The notes beneath the pieces are model-generated. The model made no database searches. It saw nothing but the letters and a program-made list of their open reading frames with translations, and was not told the DNA's origin. From the NCBI RefSeq assembly GCF_001194135.2, contig NC_068992.1, positions 6,022,718 to 6,086,717 of the forward strand: 64,000 nucleotides of DNA, given 5' to 3'. The position numbers and the translations under genes were made by a program. Positions 26,383 through 41,022 of the stretch are shown one piece after another (the first letter of the stretch is position 1; each line of letters begins with the position of its first letter). Source of the stretch: Octopus bimaculoides. Its lineage: Eukaryota.

Positions 26383-28440
26383 TGTCCGGATACTTATTGA
26401 TCAGACCTCATACATGCATTCTGCTTTACCTGTTCAATATATTCATTCATTTCACAACGGTTCTGAGGATTTCATTTCATTTGAAAGAGGTGCTGAGGTG
26501 CACTGCTACAGCTGCAGTCACTGCGCTGACGCCATCTCCTCCTACTAATACTACTACTTCAACTTCTACTAATACTATTACTGCTGTTGCTGCTGCTCTG
26601 CTGAAGCTGCCTGTAGGGCGATGAAGACGACGATGATGATAATGACGGATGGTAACAAGTGGAGTTTATATTTTGATTCAGGCACTCATACGCAGTAAAA
26701 GAGAGTGTGCATAATCAGATGGTGTCATGAGCATTCATATTCTATTCTAAGTAGACTCATTATAAAAATGCGCAAATCACTAAGGCTTGCAAATAATATA
26801 CTCTTCAATTTTACCATTTTTTGCATCTTGCTCAATGGCTCAAGAATATTCTGCAGGGCAGAACATCTTTTCGAGAAGAACGCGAAACGACATTTTTGTT
26901 TGGCAATCGTCAGTCATGTTTTATTACCTTTTACCAATTTCGGCGTCGTATAATCTTAGCAAACTGCACTATCAGAATTATATCTAATTCCACTGTTTCA
27001 AAAAGACTGCCTCCGATTCTTGCAGTTGTTCCTAAGGAACTGTGGAATCTGATTCCGTTACTACTTAAATGTTCATTCACGTCGAATATATCTTTCCAAT
27101 AGGAGTTGCTATATTTAGGAAAATGAAATAGATTTTAACATCATAAATCTACTTCACTTTATATTATAGAGGAACAAACACATGTCTGACATTTAGTTCG
27201 TTCTATAATATGTTTGAGAAGGTTATCCATTGTAGTCGTATACTTACGTATCTCTATAACATCGCAAATACAATATCAGTTGAATGTATTTGAAATTATG
27301 TTATTATATAACAAAGCACACAACACTATCATTTGTCGAGAAAACATTCATTTTGTTCGATAATAAATCGCAGCATATTAACAGGATATGTACAGAGACG
27401 TTTAAAGGGTAGAATTATTGGAGCCATTTGGATAAAGTGTCTTGTAGCAGTTATTCGTGTGTATTCTCGGTTGAAATCCCAATAGGAAAATTTTACCTTT
27501 CATATTTCAAAGTCGATCAATGANNNNNNNNNNNNNNNNNNNNNNNNNNNNNNNNNNNNNNNNNNNNNNNNNNNNNNNNNNNNNNNNNNNNNNNNNNNNN
27601 NNNNNNNNNNNNNNNNNNNNNNNNNNNNNNNNNNNNNNNNNNNNNNNNNNNNNNNNNNNNNNNNNNNNNNNNNNNNNNNNNNNNNNNNNNNNNNNNNNNN
27701 NNNNNNNNNNNNNNNNNNNNNNNNNNNNNNNTCTCTCTCTCTCTCTCTCTCTCTCTTACTCTCTCTCTCTCTCTCTTACTCTCTCTCTCTCTTACTCTCT
27801 CTTTCTGTCGCTGTATCTGTCTCCCTCACTCTCTCTCCCTCTCTCTTTCACTTTCTCTCTATTTATGGATCTTCTGTCTTTTTCGGAGCCAGCTATCATT
27901 CCCTTTTCAATACAGTCTCGAAGAATAGATCTAACAGTTTCTTCAGAATTAAAGATGGGCTGTGCAAAGAACAAACAAATTCTACTCCTATTGCGTGCCT
28001 CCAAGTACGGATTAATATAAAGAACAGGACGGTAATAGTTAAAGACAAATGTACGTGTTTTTCATTATCTAATGTACAATAATATACAGTTTCAGATGTA
28101 TTTACAGAAATTATATTGTATAAAATGTCTTGAAAATATTTCAGTGTCGTTATCGTATTACACTAACATGTGCAGACATTTGAATTAAAGTAAATCTTAG
28201 GTGAAAACGGTAACAACAATTGCCTGCTTAATAAGTTCATATGAAATGATGTACTCAATACAAAATAATGTACAAACGCACGCACGCACACACATACACA
28301 CACACCACAAACATGCACACATACATACGCGCAAGCATGTCCCCCCCCACACACACACACACAAATACATCCCTTGCGCGAAATCAACTTCATTTATTGC
28401 GTAGAGATATATTCCACTTATATATTTCGCATTTATCTGA

Positions 28441-28484
<44 letters not shown>

Positions 28485-29599
28485 NNNNNNNNNNNNNNNN
28501 NNNNNNNNNNNNNNNNNNNNNNNNNNNNNNNNNNNNNNNNNNNNNNNNNNNNNNNNNNNNNNNNNNNNNNNNNNNNNNNNNNNNNNNNNNNNNNNNNNNN
28601 NNNNNNNNNNNNNNNNNNNNNNNNNNNNNNNNNNNNNNNNNNNNNNNNNNNNNNNNNNNNNNNNNNNNNNNNNNNNNNNNNNNNNNNNNNNNNNNNNNNN
28701 NNNNNNNNNNNNNNNNNNNNNNNNNNNNNNNNNNNNNNNNNNNNNNNNNNNNNNNNNNNNNNNNNNNNNNNNNNNNNNNNNNNNNNNNNNNNNNNNNNNN
28801 NNNNNNNNNNNNNNNNNNNNNNNNNNNNNNNNNNNNNNNNNNNNNNNNNNNNNNNNNNNNNNNNNNNNNNNNNNNNNNNNNNNNNNNNNNNNNNNNNNNN
28901 NNNNNNNNNNNNNNNNNNNGTAATGTTTGCTGAGCAATATCTGTATTTGCCAACCGAAAAGTAAAATCTTTATTTGCACTGTGTAGAGCGAGATGGGAAA
29001 CGACTATTTGCATAATTATTCTTCATAAGTTCTCGATTATTCACACACAAATATGCTAGTTGCTGTTTTGTACGTCGCACGTAAAGAACATCTTTTTACG
29101 ACAATTGTATATTCATAAAACACTAAGCTTATCAGCAGAAGGGATTCTTGGGCACCTGTGAAACAACACAATCAAACATCGGTTGTTTCCCGATAAATTA
29201 AACTACAACGATTAGTACATTAGCCTTGAAATCTAATCGATCGGGACATACAAAGAAGAAATATGTCACTCATCTATTGTTTGTAATGGACATTAGTAAT
29301 TTCTTATCTTAATCTTTAAGATATCCAGTACAATACCTCCAAGAAGTTACAAATATATGCGTTTACTCACCCTTATGTTATTTCAAACGGTTTCCTTTAA
29401 ATCTTATTTTTGCTTAATCTTTGTTACTGATAATGAAGGTATTGTAAAAGATCATGACTGACTGATAGTTGCTAAGGCGTGTAATTTTTGCCAACGGTTC
29501 ACGTTGTTCATGTTACATTTTTCATGCAAATGATCTCGCTGTTATTACACTTGTCGATCTTACAAATTGTATAGCCAGTGTTTCTGTTGCTGCAGGTCA

Positions 29600-30830
29600 T
29601 CTTAGCATTGATTCAGCTACGTTTAATAAATGATGTTGGACATTTTGTGTTGCTTGAATAGATTTGATAGGTAGGGTGCTGCCGCTAATGGTGTCGTTGT
29701 TAACACAGTCACTATACTATCGTTAGTGCTGTTCCTTTGTAGTGTGTCTGCTGCTGTAGATAATGATGTTGCTTCGTTACAGTTGGTCTCAATACTGGCC
29801 CTGCTGTTGACTTTGTAGCTGATGTTAATTGAGGCGCTATTGTTGCGAAGAATAATCATGTAAAAACTACAGGTGATAGCACTGGTTGATAACGATGTTG
29901 CTGTTGCTTTGAGAAATGCAATTGCGGTTTTGAGGCTGAAAATATTAGTCATCATAATGGTGTCGCTGGTCATGACGATAACATTGCTGTTACGTTGTAA
30001 TTGCATTCAACATCAATGAAATGCTTCACAGATATTATTACTGCGGCAGTTGATACAATTGTAGACAGCCAAGTACTATTGCTGTATTTGTTTGCTTCGT
30101 GCAGTTGTTATCAATACCATGATGAATGATATTGTTATTGTTGTTACTGTCTTTCCAATAATCATTAATAGTGATGTTGTCTTTTAATTCAACTGTTATT
30201 ACGAGTGAGAGAGATAATGAGTGTGGCTGTTTTTGTAGTCACCATTGATAAACGTTTTTGATTGCCGTTATTGTTGTTGTGCTTCTTAACGTAATCGTTG
30301 TTATGGTTGTTATTGTATTTGGTGTTGTCAATTATGTAGATAATAATGGCGTTACAGAAATTGTTTATATTCTTATGACGTTTTTTTATCTAATTTTATT
30401 TTGATTTTGTAGCTGTTTTAGTGTTGCAGAAAATGTTGATTTCTGTTGATTCAGTAATAATTGATAGTGACGAAGATAACGCAGTCTTTGCCACGTGATG
30501 ACAGCGATAATTATTCTTTTGGTTACTAATAGTGCAGCGGATTGGAAGAATCGTCGTCGTCGTCGTTAACGTCATCAGCATGACAATCATCCTCACCATC
30601 ACCTCGAACAACAATAATGCCATCATCAACGTCGTTGTTGTCGCCATCATCATAATCATCATCACAACCATAACAATAACACCATCATTTCCGCTGTCGA
30701 TATCACCATCATCGTCATCATCAACATCATCATCACCATCATCATCATTATCAGCAGCAGCAGCACCAACATCATCATCACTATCATCATCATTATCATC
30801 ATTATCATCCTTATTTTGCGCATAATCATA
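29600..30830. repeat. Degenerate trinucleotide low-complexity tract (GTT/GCT/GAT, then CAT/CAG)
   Basis: Directly visible decayed triplet repeats. Confidence 0.8.
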
Positions 30831-30884
30831 ATCGGTATTGCAAGTCATCTTCAATTCGAAGCAGATATTGTTAAGTTTTTCTTT

Positions 30885-30919
<35 letters not shown>

Positions 30920-32989
30920 CGGTTTTAACAGTTGTCCAATTCTCTGACGATGTAGGCAAAATATGCTTACGGCTAGAACAGTTTTTATATTTTATTATTG
31001 ATACTATAATGACAGCTATTGCTTTTGGTAGTGTTATTGTTACGTGTCTATCTTTGATCGAGATCCCGAAAATAATTTCGCAAAATAACATTTTGTGTAA
31101 ACTTTGAAGTATAAAATACTGATTGTTACGCGCAAATATTTTAAAAGTTTTCTGGAAATGCTTTCCTTATTATATGCAACAAGGCTTTCAGGAACAGTAG
31201 CTATGTTGGCTGAACCTAAAGCGTACAAAGTTTCAGCAATGCCACTTATTTCACTAATATTCAAAGTCAATAAGATTAGGTTTCCTATTCATATCTATCT
31301 ATCTGTCTGTCTCTCTCTCTATCTTTCTCTCTCTCTCTCACTCTCTCTCTCCCTCTCTCCCTCTCTCCTCCTCTCTCTCTCTCTNNNNNNNNNNTATATA
31401 TATATATGTATTGGTTCCTCCCGACATAGGCGCAAAAGCAAAGCTAATAATTTTGCTACCCACGTTTGGAGTTGGAAACCTAATGCAACATAACATACTG
31501 TAAAGTGGACATCAATCGAAAAATCCATATCATATATTAACGGATCAAAACAATGTTAGTTATGCATAGCTGAAAGAGCTCACATCCTTTTCAGATCTAA
31601 GATCTTCAACTCACTACTGAACTCTAGATCTGAAATTTGCAGTGGTTTTAAACATACACCTAAATTCCTTTTGAAGAATTGTGAAGTTCCTCCTTCAGAT
31701 TAATACATGTACGATAACCTATAAACAACTATTTTTTCCATCTTATAATTTACGGTGTAAGGGAGAGAACTCTTTTCCCCCCTTTTTCTTCTTTCTGATT
31801 ACTTTTTCGTTTCAGATTTTTCTTCCTTTCACTTTATCTATATACTTGCTTCTCGTCCTTTCGCGTTTCTTCTTTCATTCATTTTTTTAGCTCATTATGT
31901 CCTGTTCCTGATGTCTATGCCTAGATGTCAGACGTGTTATAAAACATTGCATAGCATGTTCTCAGCGTCTGAAACTAGTAGTGGCAAATAAAAATATGTA
32001 TTGTGTCTATTAAATATTTATCTCTCAACAGATGGAGAAGTTTTTCGTGATCTCACCAACACGGAATAGTAAATTATGTGTGTGGGGTGCATGTGTGTGT
32101 GTGTGTGTGTGTGGCGCTCACCGTATTTTTATGCGTGTGACCATACCTATGATTATCAGACAATGGAACTCGTCTCACGCACGCACCCGTTTATTGACAG
32201 TGTTTCACTCATATTTACAAATTCTAAGTCACGTCGACCAATATTTTACATGAAGGAAATGAATGAGGCATGTAGCCATGTGATGGAAACATTACACAAG
32301 GTACCAAATTTTGAATGAAGCCATTCAATGAATCCAATTGAACTAGTATATGTTGAATCCATTTGAACTGGTATATCTTGAATACTAGTTCAAAAAGCAG
32401 GTTATTATAACATTTACAATATTAAAGTTGTTTTATCAAATACTTCCTGCACGTTCTGCGTAAGCATTTTTATATTTGTGCGTGAACATGTGTGTATCTT
32501 TATACATATATGCGAATATATGTATGTGCATATATTTGTATATAAGAAGGAAAAAGATAGAACAATCTTTTGAAGAAATCTCTTCGTTTATGATCTTATA
32601 ATTAATACATAAAAACACAATGTAATAAAGAAAATTGCGGAGTACTTAAGCATATTACATGATAAAATTATAAAAGATACAGAAATAGATATATTTGTAA
32701 ATAGACAAGAGGCATGCAGTTGTATACAAATATGCATTAGTATCTGTCATGCGGTATTAATAAACACAAATGGAGAATCATGAACGATTATCTATGATAT
32801 TCAAATTCAATTAATATAAACGTGGCGATTCGAAAGTTCCGTCCATCTCGTGATAGTTTTCTTTGTTTGTATGGGAAAGTGATGATTTCTATACTGAAGA
32901 TAAAGTTATAAGGCTCAAATAAAATCTATTATAACAGAAAATATCATCTGAAATCACATATAACTGCATATAAGGTTGAGTCTATTAAA

Positions 32990-33290
32990 TTTGGAGTAAA
33001 TGCACTGCTCTGATGAAAACGATAGATGTCAATGACATGTGTATCTTTAGAAGATTGGACAGGATAAGCAGGAATGACAGGAATAAAATACAGCAAAATA
33101 TAATTGGTAAAAATGGATGTCGTAAATAATAAGGATTTGCAAGAAAATTACTGATATAGTTTGAAGTATACAGTGCTAAAGTATCGACATTGTTCAATGG
33201 TTAGTTTGAGTAATATTCCAATATACATCAAAAGCCTAACACTAAGAAATTTACTGGTTCTCTGGGGTATAGCTATCAATCAATCCTAAT
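32990..33290 (+). mobile_element. RTE-like LINE 3' fragment
   Basis: DMCIFRRLDRISRNDRNK at ~33034-33087 resembles EMxCLRRIxGISRxDRVRN, the post-RT region of RTE elements. Confidence 0.55.
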
Positions 33291-35519
33291 ATCTTAATTG
33301 TATATTAATTGAAATTACAGTGATATAATTGTGTTAGCGTTAGAGCCAACAAAAACTTAAGAAGTCTGACACATTAAATGTGAACAACTCCCAAGAGACA
33401 TTAAGGTAAATGCAACAAAAATTACAGCAACAAGAAAACGGCTCATGAAAATTTAATGGAAGATGCATGAATTTTAATAATGCATGAAAATTTCCAAATA
33501 AGTACACGCAAGACATTTTTCTTTCACATGCTTAGAAAAATATATTTAAACGTTTCGAATATACGGACATATCTAGAATGAGCGGCAGATTAAACTGAAG
33601 ATCAGTGCAAAATGCAGTCATTAAAATACATTGGACTATTTGCTCTCATAGAATTTATTTTAAAATTTATTTCCTATCAAAATTGACTTTGATTATCATT
33701 CCTTCTTTCGCTTCTTCACTCTCACCTATACCTTTCTCTTTGAGGGGGTGATAAAAATAACTGTCATTAATTTATGAGGTTTAATTTAGTCAACTGAGAC
33801 CTCTTCACCAAAAGAATTGGCATCATCTCAATAGGCAAGAAATCAGTCCTTTGATCAAAGAAACAAACAGTGAAAACAGTACAGAGTTTGACGTCTGTAA
33901 TTTTCAATTACTTAAATTTCAAAATGATTTAGTAAGTTTGTTGTTCTTTATCAAAATTCAGGCCTGTGAACTTTTTTTGTTTTTTTCCGTTGTTGTTGTA
34001 TTTTGCAAGACATCAAACAATCCAAAGAATATATGATTATTTCTATTACTTCCTTGGCAGAAAACATTACAGGAAAAATGATCGGAAAATTAATGTTACT
34101 ATTAATCTTATGAACCAGGTGAAGTGAAAATACAGAAACCACAACACTATATAATCACTTTGGCTCTTTTCATACCAAAATTCGTTTCAGTAAATTTAAC
34201 TCATTTCATGGTTTTATTGATACAGAACCAAGAAATACCATTATTCATATCACTTCAATATATTGATTAAATATTTTTTTGATTGTTGAGATCATTTTGT
34301 GAGTAAATTCTAGTTCTTTATATTTTGAATTAATCTTTATAAATTTACAACTTTCTGACAGGATTTTAAATGCTAATTTAACCTATAATTAATTTCTATG
34401 CTAGTTCTTGAATGAGTGAGAAAGTGTTTCCTTTTTTTCCTTTGAAGATTTTGACGCTGCGTTCAACATCAAAGTGCATATGGTAAATTTAGTATTATTG
34501 ATGTACTGTGTTTGATTTATTTATAAGAAACAATTCTTTCAATACGTTTAGTAAATAAAATGAAATAGCATAGTTCAATTAAGAAGGGGGTGTGAATACG
34601 GACTAATTTATTTTAGCCAATAAAAAAACTGCTATGCTGTACTTTCGGGTTTTACAATGGTTTAATGTTTGCATTAGGTTTAATTAATAATCTATATCTA
34701 TATAAATTACAAATTTAAGGGAGCTCACTTGGTTCTCAATCATAATAACATAATATAAAATTAGAAAAGAAACCGTATACCATATAACCATGTCACTTAC
34801 TGCATTCTACTTTTAAGTCTTAGCTATAATAATTGTAAATTTTAAGACCGAAGCAAATATTGATATACAGAGGGGTGGAACAATTTCTACCTTATGTTTG
34901 AAAATGAAGGCTAAAATGAAGAGATAAACTTATGAATATCACACTAAATGATATTTGCACATTGATAGTGAACTTATTCCTATGAGAGAATTTTTCTACA
35001 TGATTAATCACCCAGTTATAAATATCAGGCAAATGTCCATCAAATGTTCTTTTCTTTTAAATACCGAAAGAGAACGTTACATAATGTAGTTCTAGTCATA
35101 TCTAGTTTAACGACTTGGGGATGAAAACTAGATTTCTAGTCATCATAAGTCTACAATAGGAAGGCTCATCTTTAATTGAAAAGCAACTGCAAATCTAGAA
35201 TAGTAGCTCTAATTTCCCTAAGACCAAAAACAATACAACACCGGTCAAGTATTTTAATTACTTGCATGAAGAGATTATCATTCAAATCGTCTTTCAGTCT
35301 CGAATTTTTATTCCAACAGCACCGAACGACGTATTCGTTACTTCACAGATAAATTCCACATCTTGAATAATATGTCTGACCAAATAAATGCACCGTCAAT
35401 CTGCAATGGAGTCTCATAAAATATTTGGAATATTAACTGCATCGACCACATATCATATACAGCCGTGACTAAAACAAATGGACGACGCCCAATGAGAGTA
35501 ATAAATAAATTCTACTAAC

Positions 35520-35640
35520 ACGGGCACAGGAGTGGCTGGGTCGCAAGAAGCTTCCTTCCCAACCACATGGTTCCGGGTTCAGTCCCACTGCGCGGCACCT
35601 TAGACAAGTGTCTTCTATTGTGGCCTACGGCCGACCAGAT
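35520..35640 (+). mobile_element. SINE family B 5' part (tRNA-derived head)
   Basis: ggcacaggagtggctggg...ccaaccacatggttccgggttcagtcccactgcgcggcaccttagacaagtgtcttctatt, with A/B-box-like motifs. Confidence 0.85.
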
Positions 35641-38373
35641 CGAGGAATAAAAGAAAATTGAGGAAAAGCTTTTGGTGCTATAGTTGGTGCTATAGTTTAA
35701 AGACAACGGGAATATGTCAGGTAAAGATGTCCTCCAGAAGAAAACACAGTGTGATATATTGACCAACGCTTTAAGCACTCTTCTAAATCAATTCTCTTAA
35801 TTTAAAACTGTCTCAAGTAAACACAATGTCAGAAATTTAGTGGCACTGAGTTTTTCTTCTTTATCATTTTTTAATTTTTTTTAGATGAAATGAAAATCAG
35901 TTGTTGACTGATACGTTTTTTTTTTTTATCTACCGACTACAAAGAATTTGAAAGTTGATCTGTAGTCAAAAGGGAGAAAAAGTAGAACAAGTACCCAAGA
36001 ACTTAACCAATACCTGTTCTGTAACGATTCAACACAGTGCATCATGTTCAAAAGAAGGGTTTTTTTTATATTCACTTAAGTCTATTAATTTTGGAGACGA
36101 CAAAATTTCTCAAATGTATCGACTCCAGTACTTAACAGTCATTTATTTCATGAACATGAAAGACAAATTTCTGACTGGGTTTTGAACACAAGGGTGAAAC
36201 TTTTCTGACCCTAGCCATTCCACTAATCCACCATCCTTGATATTTAGAATTATAACGTACAAAATAAAATATAGAGATTGATAAAACTAAGAGATATACA
36301 AAATCAGAATCAAAGTGTATAGTAAAATAGATATCTACAATAGTCCAAACGCCAGAATACGTTATGAGATATCGCATGTGTCCCATAAATATCTATCTTT
36401 CTCGACATTTTCGCAGGTATCACTCCATTGTATTTGCATCCTAATGCAGTAATACACGTGTTATTGCTTGGAATTTTGTATTTGTTTTCTATTTCATCGA
36501 GTTCCCTCGCTAAATCATATTGCCTGAAGATTTATATACGTTATCATTGCGAAATATCTATTTGCAAGATTATTGCATACACGCCCCCACCATATATGCA
36601 TACACGCATATACAACTACACACACATACACATCTATATATATATATATATATATATCTGTGTGAGTGTATGTATTTGTGTCTGTGTACACATTTTCATT
36701 CATTCATCGATGTCTAAATACGTACTTGTATATATAATGTATATACACCCACATTGAATGAAATAAACCAAAATGTATATTTCTAATATATGTATACTCA
36801 CATACACACGTTGATACACACATATACACGTTAAAATTCACACACGTAATGAATCACAGCTCATTTTCTCAAGGAAATATTTTATTTATTGTAGACAAGA
36901 CACCCTTAAAACCGTAAGAGATGATTACCAGAAATAAAATATATTTCATAAAGACTTCCTTTATAGAATGCCTATTCATAATTTACGAAACGCGAATTCA
37001 TCTTTATTTCTTTGAATCATCCAGCTATTAACATTGTTTCTTCCATTATATTGTTTCTTGTTTTCGGAAGGTGGACCATGTAATTTTAACGTCAAACACA
37101 AAACATCTAGAACAATTTCGATTGTAAATTGCCTGTTCGCGGTCACACCAATCAAGCAATCGATTACATATGTTACTGGGGCTATAAAGAAAGACATATA
37201 GTAGCTATAGTTGACACCTGTGAATCTGGTTGCTGCTATTAATTGTCCAAAGAGCCATTCAGAAAAGCGATATAAAACAAAATTACTATAGCATTGTTTT
37301 ATTCACTTTTGGAAAAATGGATATTTGCTGAGTTAAAAATGGACACTTCTCTCAGAAAAACTTAAGAAATAGAAGAGGATATTCATTTGAAACAATTATA
37401 GAAAACAAAAAACAAATAAAAATAATACCAGGAAGAGCCATTTATTTGGCTTCTTTATTGTTATTACATTTTGTCTTATAGCTCTTATTTCACAAAATAA
37501 AGGAAAACATTATTGGCTAATGTTTGTATTGATGTGATAGAATTAATGAATATTTGTTTTGTCATCTTGAAATATGTTTTCATTTTTTTACTATGTATAG
37601 AGGTCAAGCCTGTACCAAAGTGTTTGTTGAGAAGAGAAAAATAGTGAGAGAAAGAGAGAGAAGTAAGGAATCAATGATAGAGAAAGAAAGTGACTGAGTG
37701 CCTTTGCTAACCTCTATAAATTAATATCATTATCACAACACATATCCGAAGTTTATAGCTATCCTGTGTGAGGACAGCGCTTTTGAATTCAACTAATTCA
37801 ACTTGACGTGAAAGCCATCTCTACAGTCACGAACCCTGCTTGAAGAAATCAGATAAATCAACCATTTAGATATACAGCACTCAGTAAAACAACTGAAACA
37901 TTTTTTAAACAATATGGTACAGTTATATAATCGTAAAACATATGAGATAGTCACATCTGGAATGTCTTTAGAGCGCATTCCAAATTGCAGAATGAATATC
38001 CGCTTAAGCTGGCTCTGGATTCGCAATACTCTACTGGCATCAAGTCATACAAATTGTTATAACGAAGTCAAATGAAGCAGTGTGCATAGAAACAAAACTA
38101 CAGGGACGCAAGAAGATTGTATTGCTATAAGCATCACACAGAGAAAGTTCTAGGTAAAACAGCATTGCCTATATTGCATAGTTTTACGATGTGGTATTTT
38201 CAGTTTCCAGGTTAAGCTCTGTAGTTCGCCGAGAGATGATAGCACACAGTTTCATGTACATTAACAGCTAGCAGTAACTTGTAGGAAGTAACGTGCTGAG
38301 TGACTTGCAGTGTTTAGTTGTGAAATTTGTGTTTTTTTCTGGCCATGCCTATGCTGTAGTCAGCGGGTTTGTT

Positions 38374-39068
38374 ATGGACAGGAAGCTGGAACAAAGAGTC
38401 AACGTACAATTTCGGGTTTACCATGGGAAGTCTGCATACTGAGACATTGAGCATGCTTCGGCAAGCATACGGTGTCGAGGCAATGTGTTGTACGCAATGT
38501 TTCGAGTGGCACAGTAGCTTCAAAAGCTGAAGAACGTCCATAAAAGACGATGATAACTTGCCACGAGCGTCATCCTCTAAAATGTGGTATTGCGCATCGT
38601 GAATTCGCCTTCAGGGCCAGATTGTCAATTGACAGTTTTGCTGCGACGTGTTGAAGCGTTCGTTGGAGGTCATTGGGCGAAAGCGAACGATTCTGTGGAG
38701 GGCGAAGTATTGGATTCTGCACCTTGTCACTGGCCTCTCCACAATCGTGAGTTTCTATCCCCAAAACAACATGGTATTGTTTCCGCATCCACCTATTCGC
38801 CAGATTTAGTACCTGCGGAATTCCATCTCTTCTCCGAGATGAAGATGCAGCTCAAAGGTCACCGTTTAAACACCATTGCCGAGATTCGGAGCGAATCACA
38901 GGAGTTCCTTGACTCGCTTACGGAAAACGACTTCCAGGCCGGATTCAAAAAGCGGTAGGAATGCTGAGATCGATGCTGAGATCAAAAGAGATAATGCTAA
39001 AATTTAGGTAAATAAGTTATCTTTTATTAAACGTTACTAGTCCGTGAACTTTTAGATTCCCCCTCGTA
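38374..39068 (+). mobile_element. Internally deleted mariner transposon (transposase pseudogene plus right TIR)
   Basis: MDRKLEQRVNVQF...LSMLRQAYGVEAM...QCFEWH...DD (first HTH), then QGQIVN*QFCCDVLKR...LWRAKYWILH, then YSPDLVPAEFHLFSEMKMQLKG (mariner YSPDLAPxD motif). Ends gaacttttagattccccctcgTA at ~39046-39068. Confidence 0.9.
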
Positions 39069-40825
39069 TATAAAGTTGAAAATGCCACTGGTCGTGGTAA
39101 AAAATAAGAGAACTAAAGCAATATAGTTATTAATGCTAAGATTGGTATTTTTCTAAATGCATATCAAACGTAGGCTGAATAGTAATTTTTTCCATAAAAT
39201 GGATTAATATATTATGTCTGTTGGTGGTGTAACTTTACCTTTTCGTTTTCGCATTTCCAAGATTGATCATAAATAACAGTCAAATATATCGGTGTTATTG
39301 TCGTCGCAAGAAATTGATCAAAAGCTTTCTCAGGAAAATAGCTCAATGCCTGACAACCATTAACATAAAATAATAAATTCCAAGACAAGCATTCTGCCTG
39401 GTCCGTCGACTTTTACTGAAAAATCCAATTGGTATATCACTGTTTCTCGTCTATATAGAATACAAAATTATTATAATGTTGAGTTTCTCCGTACATTATG
39501 GGTTTGCAACGAGCTTACAGAACCATACGGCCCTTATGCTGGATTTTCCAACATTTTTGACCTCATCAGCTGAAAAGATCGATAATTTATTCGTAGGGAA
39601 GCATCTTGGCTGCTGCAATAAATCCTTCTTCTTTTAGTTGCGTTAGCTGAAATAACGTGAAATGAAGTTCCTACCCGGAGGACACAAAGCGCAGCTCGAA
39701 CCGAGGATCAACTCCAACGAATTAACTATGTGCAACAAGACATGCGGACTATTTAGTTATTCTGGCAGGAAGCAAAATAAAAGATGTTTCTGTAGTCGCA
39801 CCGGGGTTAATTATTGTTCGGATCGATCGAAGCAAATCCAAAACTATAAATAAAAGTGAATACAGGGGCAACCAAAACAAAAACGATAACAGCAATAACA
39901 CCCACACCAATAAAACAATCGTGTAAAACACGAAGATAGACATTTCCGTAAAAACAGATGGAAATTCGTAATTTTCGACAGGAATGTCAGACTTTAAATT
40001 AATCTTCAACATCTGTAGGCTTGAAAGTTAGAAACTAGGAGTCACTTCTAGACTAGAAATTCTGATAGTTCATTGTGATTTTCGCTCCGTTATTTCACAA
40101 CATATTTTTTCACGATGCAGCTATACATACATACACACACACATACATACATACATACATACATACAAACATACATACATACGCACAAACATACATACAT
40201 ACATACACAAACACAAACATACATACATACATACATACATACATGCATACATATATACATGTGTATACTTAATACATAGGTGTGTGTATTGTGTACGTAT
40301 ATGCATATTAATATTACAGGTTGGCATATGTGTGTGTGTTTTCTGTGTGAGTGTTTTGCTTGTGTGTGTGTTTGTGTATTTGCAGACTAGCGTGTGTGAG
40401 TGCGGGAGTGTGCGGAAGTGCTTGTGTGTGTAGAAAACGGTAAGTAAAACATCGCAAGGAATACTATTTTGTACGTGATTTCTGCAAATCTTTGAAACAT
40501 ATTACCATTCATTTTTTTTCACCACTTTTTTCATGTATTATACTTAAAATGACCCAAGGTTCAAAAGTGTTGTAAGTTCGTAGAAAAGTCTATAATAACA
40601 ACAACAACAAAGAACAAGACACCATGATGACTTGAAAAGAAACAAAAGGTCAGAAAATATCAAAAATAATAAAAAATATGATAATGAATTTAAATAAAAA
40701 AAAATACATTGCCTTCAGAGATATTGGAATCTTCTACTGTCCAATAAAATACTTCATCCCTTTGATGCGTGCTATTTCCAAATATTTTCAGTCTATATTA
40801 GGCATTCACTGTAATAGTAAAAACA

Positions 40826-40851
40826 ACAACAATAATGATAATAATAATAAT

Positions 40852-40893
<42 letters not shown>

Positions 40894-40945
40894 TGTAAGG
40901 ATACTATTAATATCAATAAGTTTCATTATGAATTTTGTTGTTGTA

Positions 40946-41020
<75 letters not shown>
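40826..41020. repeat. (AAT)n and (ATT)n tracts in inverted orientation, ~55-bp spacer
   Basis: Directly visible. Confidence 0.9.

Positions 41021-41022
<2 letters not shown>

Noticed and set aside
29623-31107. Long ORFs of 89-231 aa
   Set aside because: They lie in degenerate trinucleotide and (GT)n tracts; composition is explained by the repeats.
39545-39569. Minus-strand CTGATGA...GAAA
   Set aside because: The intervening sequence cannot form stem II, and there is no stem I.
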